From an uncultured Bacteroidales bacterium (GTDB lineage Bacteria > Bacteroidota > Bacteroidia > Bacteroidales > UBA12077), in the NCBI GenBank assembly GCA_964585385.1, contig CAZPDP010000001.1, positions 50,850-114,849 on the forward strand: a stretch of 64,000 nucleotides of DNA, in the 5' to 3' direction. Shown piece after piece: positions 57,098 through 64,000 of this stretch. Both the position numbers and the translations under genes were made by a program. The notes beneath the pieces are model-generated. The model saw nothing but the letters and a program-made list of their open reading frames with translations, ran no database searches and was not told the origin of the DNA. Positions within the stretch are counted from its first letter, which is position 1. The number at the start of each line of letters is the position of its first letter.

Positions 57098-58081
57098 TTA
57101 ACGGGTTGGTGGGGCCATAAATTCAGGGCCGACGGGGTTTTTAATATTATTATCGAGAATCTCCTCAATCTTACTCATGCCTTCTTCATCAATTTTCCAG
57201 TTAAAAACCTGATCAATGCCTTCTAATTGTTCAGGTTTTCTTAAGCCCCATAAGGCAATATCTGCTCCTTTATCCAATACCCATCGTACAGCAAGTTCCC
57301 TGACTGTTTTATTGTAATTTTTACGGGCAAATTCATCCAGCTCATTTGCTGCATTGAGATATTGCTTAAATCTGTCCTCTTGAAATTTTGGGTCCATTTT
57401 TCTTAAGTCATCTCCTTTAAATTCCCTGTCGCTGGTCATTTTTCCGGATAACAAGCCTCTGCAAAGAGCTCCGTAAGTAAGGCTCTTGATATTATTTTCC
57501 CTGCAATAGGGCAGAACGTCTTTTTCAATTTCCCTTTCGAAAAGATTATAAGGTGGTTCACATACATGAATGGGCGCAGTTTTTCTGAATTCATCCATTT
57601 GTTCGGGCGAATAATTACTCACAGCAATGGATCTTATCTTTCCCTGTTCAACTAATTTCTGCATCGCATGGGCTGTTTCTTCAAACGGAACCTTTGGATC
57701 AGGCCAATGAATCATGTAAACATCAATATAATCGGTTTGTAATCTTTCCAGGGAATCTTCAATTTCTTTCATAATTCTTTCCCTGGAGGAATTACGAAAT
57801 GGGGTTTCCTCATTCCATTCAAGGGCCACTTTTGTTACAAGCACTATATCTTCTCTTTTTCCATGCTCTTGTAAGGCTTTTCCTACTATTTTCTCTGAAG
57901 TGCCAAATCCATATACCGGGGCTGTATCAATCAGATTCAGTCCTTTATTAAAAGCTTCCCTGATGGTTTTTACAGAGGTTGATTCATCAGTACCACCCCA
58001 CATCCAACCACCAATGGCCCATGTTCCTATTCCAATTCTCGTTACTGGATTACTAATTTTATGAAGCTTTATTGTTTCCAT
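57098..58081 (-). CDS. Aldo/keto reductase
   Basis: 327 aa. Blocks GTWAIGG, IDTAPVYG, YMIHWPD and the AKR TIM-barrel pattern. Confidence 0.9.
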   Translation of the reverse strand: METIKLHKISNPVTRIGIGTWAIGGWMWGGTDESTSVKTIREAFNKGLNLIDTAPVYGFGTSEKIVGKALQEHGKREDIVLVTKVALEWNEETPFRNSSRERIMKEIEDSLERLQTDYIDVYMIHWPDPKVPFEETAHAMQKLVEQGKIRSIAVSNYSPEQMDEFRKTAPIHVCEPPYNLFEREIEKDVLPYCRENNIKSLTYGALCRGLLSGKMTSDREFKGDDLRKMDPKFQEDRFKQYLNAANELDEFARKNYNKTVRELAVRWVLDKGADIALWGLRKPEQLEGIDQVFNWKIDEEGMSKIEEILDNNIKNPVGPEFMAPPTR

Positions 58082-58219
58082 AATTCTAAAGTTTTTAGGA
58101 TTTTATACTTCAACAATTTTTATAATGACTTGTTTGTAATTTCAATATGTTTTATATCAATTAAAAATTCAATATTTTTTATAGTTTTACGCCTCAAATT
58201 TTTAAAAAGACCTGAAACT

Positions 58220-59746
58220 ATGCTTAAGAAATTATCCTTTCAGTACCTCTTTCAGAAGTTTTTAAATGGAGTAGAAAAAGCAGGAAATGCTCTTCCGCAC
58301 CCAGCTACCTTATTTGCAATATTTGCCATACTGGCTTTGGTTTTGTCAGGTCTTGGAGATTTATTGGGATGGTCAGCTGTTCATCCTACCACCGATGAAG
58401 TCATCAAACCTGTAAATCTTCTGTCAGAAGAAGGAGTGCACAAGATAATTTTACGCCTTGTTGAAAATTTTACGGGTTTTGCCCCTTTGGGCATTGTGCT
58501 GGTGGCCATGTTAGGTATTGGCATTGCTGACAGCAGTGGTTTTATAGGGGCAGTCATCCGTCTGCTTGTTCTTTCAGCACCTCATAGAATATTGACTTTT
58601 ATTATTGTTTTGGCAGGTATACTTTCAAACCTGGCAAGCAACGTAGGATATGTTCTCCTGGTTCCTTTAGCCGGGGTGATTTTTCAAACTTTGGGGCGAC
58701 ATCCTATTACAGGTATGGCTGCTGCATTTGCAGGTGTGTCCGGTGGGTTTTCTGCTAATTTGATAATTGGCACCATCGATCCTCTGCTTGCAGGTTTATC
58801 GCAGGAAGCAGCAAGAATTGTCGATCCGCAATATACTGTGAATCCAACGGCCAACTATTATTTCATGGTCGCTTCGACTTTCATAATCGCATTTATTGGT
58901 ACCTGGGTTACTGAAAAAGTTGTTTCTCCACGACTTGGTGACTATAAAGGAGATCAAGAAGCAGAAGAACTGAAAAGACTGACCCTGCAGGAAAAGAAAG
59001 GAGTCCTGGCAGCTTTTGTTACCTTCCTGGTGTTTACAGGAATAATTCTGTGGGGGACACTACCAGAAGATGGCGTTTTAAGAGGTCCGGAAGGAGGAAT
59101 TCTGCATTCTCCCTTACTTGATGGAGTGATAACCTTTATATTTCTGCTTTTTGGACTTACTGGTCTTGCCTATGGGATTGCAACAAAACAATATAAGAAT
59201 GATTCCGATGTAATGAAAGGAATGGCTGATAGCATGAAGTCACTCGGAACTTATATTGTCCTGGTATTTTTTGCTGCCCAGTTTGTGGCTTATTTTAAAT
59301 GGAGTAACCTCGGAATGATTATTGCCATAAAAGGGGCAAATGCTCTTATGGCAACCAGTCTGGGTATTATTCCCCTTATGATACTTTTTGTGATATTCGC
59401 GGGAGCAATCAATATGGTTATGGGAAGCGCCTCAGCAAAATGGGCTTTGCTGGCTCCAATCTTTATTCCTATGTTTATGTTTATGGGCTTCTCACCTGAA
59501 TTGTCCCAGGTGGTTTATCGTATCGGAGATAGTGTAACCAATATAATATCACCTATGATGAGCTTTTTTGCCCTGATTATAGCGTTTATTCAGAAATATG
59601 ACAGTAAAGCTGGTATTGGAACAGTTATTTCTACCATGCTTCCTTATACGATTACCTTTTTCCTAGCATGGGTTGTGCTCCTTACTGTCTGGATATTGCT
59701 TGGTTTACCATTAGGGCCTGATGCAGGATTGCATTATTCCATGTAA
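58220..59746 (+). CDS. AbgT-family transporter (p-aminobenzoyl-glutamate transporter family)
   Basis: The ORF track starts at 58061, but the first 53 codons are AT-rich promoter-like sequence. ATG 58220 (MLKKLSFQYLFQKFLNGVEKAGNALPHPATLF) matches the AbgT N-terminus as I recall it. Multi-TM protein. Confidence 0.85.
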   Translation: MLKKLSFQYLFQKFLNGVEKAGNALPHPATLFAIFAILALVLSGLGDLLGWSAVHPTTDEVIKPVNLLSEEGVHKIILRLVENFTGFAPLGIVLVAMLGIGIADSSGFIGAVIRLLVLSAPHRILTFIIVLAGILSNLASNVGYVLLVPLAGVIFQTLGRHPITGMAAAFAGVSGGFSANLIIGTIDPLLAGLSQEAARIVDPQYTVNPTANYYFMVASTFIIAFIGTWVTEKVVSPRLGDYKGDQEAEELKRLTLQEKKGVLAAFVTFLVFTGIILWGTLPEDGVLRGPEGGILHSPLLDGVITFIFLLFGLTGLAYGIATKQYKNDSDVMKGMADSMKSLGTYIVLVFFAAQFVAYFKWSNLGMIIAIKGANALMATSLGIIPLMILFVIFAGAINMVMGSASAKWALLAPIFIPMFMFMGFSPELSQVVYRIGDSVTNIISPMMSFFALIIAFIQKYDSKAGIGTVISTMLPYTITFFLAWVVLLTVWILLGLPLGPDAGLHYSM

Positions 59747-59879
59747 ATCCGGATTGGATTTTTTCTGCTGAATAATATTGTGCAGGGTAAAACATACTTT
59801 TGTTAAGCATTTCCTTTTTCTTATTTTTATGAGGATTATTTAACCCGAATAATTCAAGAATTTAAACAGTTTTTATAAA

Positions 59880-61394
59880 ATGAAAAAGTTTTTTCTGAGT
59901 ATCCTGATAATCTTATTGGCTATTCAATTCAATTATTCCCAGGAAAATGATTCAAGCCGGAAACAATTAGAAAATCTTGTAAAAGAAGCCTATCAAACAT
60001 TTCAACCAACCGGACTGGCTGTTGCTGTAATAAAGAACGGGGAAGTACGATATTACACTCATGGAATAAGAAGTTCAGAAACAAATGAACCCGTAACAAA
60101 GAAATCCGTATTTAATATAGCTTCCTGTACCAAGGCCTTTACTGCGGTTTCATTATCGATCCTTGTGAATGAAGGGAAAGTGTCATGGGATGATAAGGTG
60201 AAAGATTATATTCCTGAATTTAATTTGAAAGATCCGTACGTTACAAGAGAATTAAATCTCGCGGATATCCTTTCCCATCGTTCAGGATTAACAACTTTTA
60301 CAGGGGATTTATTATGGTATCATACCGATTACTCAAATGAAGAAGTAATGCGCAGGATGAGATTTCTGCCCGTTGAAAATGATTTCAGGGAAGACTTTGG
60401 TTATCAGAATAATATGTATATGTTAGCGGGTGAAATTATTGAAAAGGTTACTGGCAAGACATGGGCGGAATTTGTAAAAGAACGAATTCTTAAACCATTA
60501 GAGATGAAGAATACAACTCCGTCCAATGATGAAATTACACCAGATATCGAAGTTGCCTACCCTCATCTGAATGGTGATCAGGTTAGTCTTTACGATTTCA
60601 CCGCCACCAAACCTGCCGCATCCATTCACTCCAGTGTGGAAGATCTTTCTCTTTGGGTACAAATGCTTCTTAATAAAGGAAATTATGGAGGTAAGGAAAT
60701 TATAGAAGAAGCTGCTATTGATGACTGTTTTAAGCCCCAGACTTTGCTGAATGTTTCTAAACAACAAAAAGAACAAGGTATTCATTTCAGGGGATATGGG
60801 TTCGGCTGGTCAATGTATGATTACCACAGCGCAAAGATAATTGAACATAATGGTGGTATGCCCGGATATATTAGTAAGATTACCTTAATTCCTGAAGAAA
60901 ATCTTGGTTTTGTGATTTTGAACAATGGCTTTGAAGTTTTTGTGCATAATGCTTTGAAACAGGAAATAATTGATTTTTACCTAAATGAAACGGACAGAGA
61001 CTGGATCGAGAAATTTGCAAAAGAGAAAGAAAATTATATTGAAAAAAAGAAAGAAAAGGATACAAAGCGTATAAACAGCCGTGTGGAGAATACATCACCT
61101 GCTCTATCTTTAAATAAATATACCGGAGAGTATAAAGATAAAATGTATGGAAATGCAAAAATCCAAAAGATTGGGGAAGAAATCAGTCTGACTCTTGAAC
61201 CTGCCGGCGAGATATTTACAAGCCCCATGTCACATTGGCATTACGATACATTCCGTATCGATTTTAAAGATCCATTTTTACCTTTTGGTCTGGTAACTTT
61301 TGACTTTGATTCAGATGGCAACGTGGTTGGTTTCAAAATTGATCTCCCTATTAATGACTTTCACTTTAACAATTTGTACTTTAAAAAGCTTTAA
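59880..61394 (+). CDS. Serine hydrolase, beta-lactamase/transpeptidase-like (class C-type) with C-terminal beta domain
   Basis: 504 aa. Signal peptide, SxxK active-site motif in FNIASCTKAF, and an extra ~110-aa C-terminal domain. Confidence 0.8.
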   Translation: MKKFFLSILIILLAIQFNYSQENDSSRKQLENLVKEAYQTFQPTGLAVAVIKNGEVRYYTHGIRSSETNEPVTKKSVFNIASCTKAFTAVSLSILVNEGKVSWDDKVKDYIPEFNLKDPYVTRELNLADILSHRSGLTTFTGDLLWYHTDYSNEEVMRRMRFLPVENDFREDFGYQNNMYMLAGEIIEKVTGKTWAEFVKERILKPLEMKNTTPSNDEITPDIEVAYPHLNGDQVSLYDFTATKPAASIHSSVEDLSLWVQMLLNKGNYGGKEIIEEAAIDDCFKPQTLLNVSKQQKEQGIHFRGYGFGWSMYDYHSAKIIEHNGGMPGYISKITLIPEENLGFVILNNGFEVFVHNALKQEIIDFYLNETDRDWIEKFAKEKENYIEKKKEKDTKRINSRVENTSPALSLNKYTGEYKDKMYGNAKIQKIGEEISLTLEPAGEIFTSPMSHWHYDTFRIDFKDPFLPFGLVTFDFDSDGNVVGFKIDLPINDFHFNNLYFKKL

Positions 61395-61515
61395 TTGAAA
61401 AAACGTATGTAAATTAGTATATTTACAAAAGTTATGTCTGTTTAATAAAAATCAGGAGCAAGGCTCTGAAAAACCTTTAAAATAGCTTTTTATACTAACC
61501 CTAAAAACATATTTT

Positions 61516-61674
61516 ATGAAGAAGTACAAATGCAGAGTATGTGGTCATGTTTACGATCCGAAAGAAGGGGATCCCAAAGGAGGAATCAAACCCGGAACAG
61601 CTTTTGAAGATATACCGGATGACTGGAAATGTCCGGTTTGTGGTGTGGAAAAAGGAGAATACGAACCTATATAG
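61516..61674 (+). CDS. Rubredoxin
   Basis: A 52-aa ORF absent from the ORF track. [52 protein letters not shown] carries both CxxCG / CPxCG knuckles and the conserved aromatic core. Confidence 0.9.
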   Translation: MKKYKCRVCGHVYDPKEGDPKGGIKPGTAFEDIPDDWKCPVCGVEKGEYEPI

Positions 61675-61687
61675 TCTAAATAATCAG

Positions 61688-61833
61688 AAAAGAGGCTGTC
61701 TAAAAAGTTCTTGAAAATCAGACTTTGTTTCTCACTCTGAAAGAAAGATTAATTTTCAGCGACTTTATCCTTTAAAGAAAGGGAGAAAAGTTGTTAAGAA
61801 TCTTATTTAATGACTTTTTGGACAGCCTCTTTT
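61688..61833. repeat. 21-bp inverted repeat enclosing a 104-nt internally structured segment
   Basis: AAAAGAGGCTGTCTAAAAAGT (61688..61708) pairs with ACTTTTTGGACAGCCTCTTTT (61813..61833), 20/21 complementary. Internal pairs TGAAAAT/ATTTTCA and CTTTGTTTC/GAAAGAAAG. It lies between convergent rubredoxin and ridA. Confidence 0.4.
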
Positions 61834-61865
61834 TATTGATAGACAACTATATCATTCCATCTGAT

Positions 61866-62243
61866 TTATTCTTTCACAGCTATAGTTTCAATCTCGATTT
61901 TGGCATTTTTAGGCAAATGGGCTACCTCAAAGGCTGATCGAGCAGGAGGTTCTTCCTGGTAATATTTGCCGTAGATTACATTTACGACCTGGAAATCTGT
62001 GATGTCTTTGAGAAAAATAGTCGACTTTATAACATCCTCATAAGAATACCCTGCCGCATTCAGTATAGCCCCAATGTTTTTCATTACCTGATCAACCTGG
62101 TCTTCTATTCCTTCAGGCATCTCCATTGTATTAGGTACTAAAGGTAACTGCCCTGATATATAGAGGGTGTTATTTGTCTCAATAGCCTGGCTATAGGGTC
62201 CAATTGCTTCCGGGGCATTCGGTGTATGTATAACTTTTTTCAT
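61866..62243 (-). CDS. ridA: RidA/YjgF-family reactive-intermediate deaminase
   Basis: 125 aa with blocks PEAIGPYSQAI, SGQLPL and PARSAFEVAHLPKNAKIEIE. Confidence 0.9.
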   Translation of the reverse strand: MKKVIHTPNAPEAIGPYSQAIETNNTLYISGQLPLVPNTMEMPEGIEDQVDQVMKNIGAILNAAGYSYEDVIKSTIFLKDITDFQVVNVIYGKYYQEEPPARSAFEVAHLPKNAKIEIETIAVKE

Positions 62244-62268
62244 TTTTAATTATTTTTATGTTTTTTAT

Positions 62269-62276
62269 CAAAAATA
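62269..62276 (-). promoter_or_regulatory. -7 box (TATTTTTG on the minus strand)
   Basis: Exact TAnnTTTG, 25 nt upstream of the ridA ATG. Confidence 0.4.
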
Positions 62277-62307
62277 AAAAAAACATCTTCAACTCTTGCT
62301 GAAGATG
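62270..62307 (-). terminator. Rho-independent terminator after the M13 peptidase gene
   Basis: CATCTTCA / TGAAGATG forms an 8-bp stem with an 8-nt loop. On the minus strand it is followed by TTTTTTTTATTTTT. Confidence 0.6.
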
Positions 62308-62331
62308 CTTTTTTATTCAATTTAAATTACC

Positions 62332-64000
62332 TTACCATATTTTTGCCCGTTTTTCGGGTTGCAGATATAATTCATCTTCTTCAGTTATATCGAATGCTTC
62401 ATACCATGTTCCCATATTCACTATGGGTCCGTTAACCCGGTGTAAACCTAAGCTGTGCACATCTTCCTTAGTTCTTCTTTGAATTTCTTCATCTCTTATG
62501 TTTTGTGCCCAAACACGAGCCCAGGCAAGGAAGAATCTTTGTTTAGGAGTATAACCCTTTATTTTTTCGGGAAGATCTTTGTCTTTTGTTGCATTAAGGA
62601 AGGCTGTATATGCGATACTAAGGCCTCCTAAATCGGCTATATTTTCTCCCAGGGTGAGTTCACCGTCTGCATGAATAGTATCCAGTACAATCTTTTTGTT
62701 GTATTGATCAACAAGAACTTTTGTTCTTTCATTAAATTTCTTGCTGTCCTCTTTTGTCCACCAGTCATTTAAGTTCCCTTCTTTGTCATATAGCCGACCC
62801 TGATCATCAAAACCATGGGTCATTTCATGACCTATAACGGCTCCGATAGCCCCGTAATTTACAGCATCATCACCTTCAAGATAGAAAAACGGAGGTTGAA
62901 GAATTCCTGCTGGAAAACAAATTTCATTGAGTGAAGGTGCATAGTATGCGTTTACAGTCTGAGGAGGAAAGAACCATTCTGTTCGGTCTACAGGTTTACC
63001 AATTTTATTCAGCTGGTATTCCTTATTGAATTTACGGGCAGCCAGGACGTTATCAATGTATGATTTTTTACCAATCTGAAGATCGGAGTAGTCTCTCCAT
63101 TTGTCAGGATAGCCGATTTTTTTGTTGATTATTTTCAGCTTTTCATGTGCTTTTTCTTTTGTTTCATCGCTCATCCATTCCAATTCATCTATCCTCTGTC
63201 CGAAAGCTGTTCTTAAATTTTCAACGAGTATTTCCATGCGTTCTTTGGCTTCAGGCGGGAAGTGTTTTTCCACGAATTTTTTCCCGATAGCCTGTCCAAG
63301 TGCATAATTTGTAACATCCAGCACTCTTCTCCATCGCTCCATCATTTGCTCTTTTCCCTGCATTGATTTTCCATAAAAATCAAAATGGGCCTGAACAAAA
63401 TCGTCTGAAAGAAAATTTGCGCTGCTATTCAGAACATTCCATTTGAAATATGTTTTCCATTCATTCACCGGAACATCAAAAGCCATCTTATTCATCTCAT
63501 GAAAAAATTCCGGTTGCCTTACATTTAATTCTTCTGGTGGGTTAATTTCTAAACCCTCAAAATAAGCAACCCAATCAAAGTTTGGGTAGCTCTTCTTTAT
63601 TTCATTAAGCTGCTTTTTGTTATATGTTTTATGCGGATTTCGTCTTTCAAGCCTTGTCATAGAAGCTTCTGCGAGCCTGGTCTCAATTTTCATGATGGTT
63701 GCAGGGGCTTCTTGAGTTTCTTCTTTTGAGCTTCCTGCCAGCTCAAAAATTTCTAAAATATAATCCTTGTAAGCGTCACGGATTTCTCTTGATCGCTTGT
63801 CGTCGTTTACGTAGTAATCCCGATCGGATAAACCCAATCCCCCCTGGCTTAACTGGGCAATTACCATATCGCTGTTCTTTGCATCAGCACTGGCTGATAA
63901 TCTGAACAATGAACCTATTCCATACTGGTGCAGATGGGTGATTTGATTTTGAACTTCCTCAGTTGTCTTGATTGATTCAATTCTCTGAAGTTCTGGTTTG
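62332..64000 (-). CDS. M13-family zinc metallopeptidase (neprilysin/PepO-like), N-terminus outside the window
   Basis: HEMTHGFD and GENIADLGG motifs. The frame stays open from the TTG at 63909 to the window edge (…KPELQRIESIKTTEEVQNQITHLHQYGIGSLFRL…), so the gene is truncated by the window. Confidence 0.9.
   Translation of the reverse strand, partial: KPELQRIESIKTTEEVQNQITHLHQYGIGSLFRLSASADAKNSDMVIAQLSQGGLGLSDRDYYVNDDKRSREIRDAYKDYILEIFELAGSSKEETQEAPATIMKIETRLAEASMTRLERRNPHKTYNKKQLNEIKKSYPNFDWVAYFEGLEINPPEELNVRQPEFFHEMNKMAFDVPVNEWKTYFKWNVLNSSANFLSDDFVQAHFDFYGKSMQGKEQMMERWRRVLDVTNYALGQAIGKKFVEKHFPPEAKERMEILVENLRTAFGQRIDELEWMSDETKEKAHEKLKIINKKIGYPDKWRDYSDLQIGKKSYIDNVLAARKFNKEYQLNKIGKPVDRTEWFFPPQTVNAYYAPSLNEICFPAGILQPPFFYLEGDDAVNYGAIGAVIGHEMTHGFDDQGRLYDKEGNLNDWWTKEDSKKFNERTKVLVDQYNKKIVLDTIHADGELTLGENIADLGGLSIAYTAFLNATKDKDLPEKIKGYTPKQRFFLAWARVWAQNIRDEEIQRRTKEDVHSLGLHRVNGPIVNMGTWYEAFDITEEDELYLQPEKRAKIW

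Noticed and set aside
58061-58219. A 53-codon N-terminal extension of the AbgT ORF that overlaps the aldo/keto reductase start.
   Set aside because: The extension is AT-rich with a Phe/Ile/Asn-rich nonsense-like translation. The conserved AbgT N-terminus begins at the ATG at 58220.
1-64000. I scanned both strands by eye for CRISPR repeat-spacer periodicity, tRNA T-arm motifs (GGTTCGAATCC-like), rRNA, and transposase/integrase/recombinase ORFs.
   Set aside because: None were found. Intergenic regions are short, AT-rich and explained by promoters and terminators, apart from the two structured elements reported as findings.

Overview
This 64-kb window looks like chromosomal DNA from a low-GC Bacteroidota-type genome. 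The phylum call rests on a GldB-like lipoprotein, a T9SS type-B C-terminal sorting domain, a PorT-like barrel, and twelve exact TAnnTTTG -7 promoter boxes, six of them 25-26 nt from a start codon. I support about 50 protein genes. I saw no rRNA, tRNA, CRISPR array, transposase or integrase. Most content is housekeeping: dnaA, an MCE/amidase/LptD-like envelope block, ppk1, purA, fur, relA/spoT, nadE, dnaX, ilvE, a ClC channel, AbgT, rubredoxin, RidA, and an M13 peptidase cut by the right edge. The strongest finding is a reductive-dehalogenase cluster at 47289..51061. It has a TAT-signal RdhA with two Fe-S motifs, an RdhB-like three-TM anchor, a PceC/RdhC-like FMN-binding CxxxCP membrane protein, a coupled 68-aa ORF, and a divergent MarR regulator with a perfect 7-1-7 palindrome in the shared intergenic region. 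This pceABC-like layout is unusual for a Bacteroidota background. Other items worth a second look: (1) a membrane sensor plus PP2C/SpoIIE phosphatase pair carrying four 107-aa NPxPVxRFD modules at an exact 321-nt period; (2) three paralogous sensor kinases in tandem, the middle one collapsed in frame to 76 codons, followed by a GC-rich, heavily self-complementary ~240-nt element of unknown function; (3) an MFS transporter with a ~210-aa insert before its last helix; (4) a GT-C/TPR, GT2 and flippase-like glycosylation trio; (5) an orphan short DnaE2-like polymerase; (6) an A-run at the dnaX domain III/IV boundary with stops close by in both alternative frames; (7) a 21-bp inverted repeat enclosing 104 nt between rubredoxin and ridA. 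All functional calls come from motifs and architecture read by eye. No database search was run.
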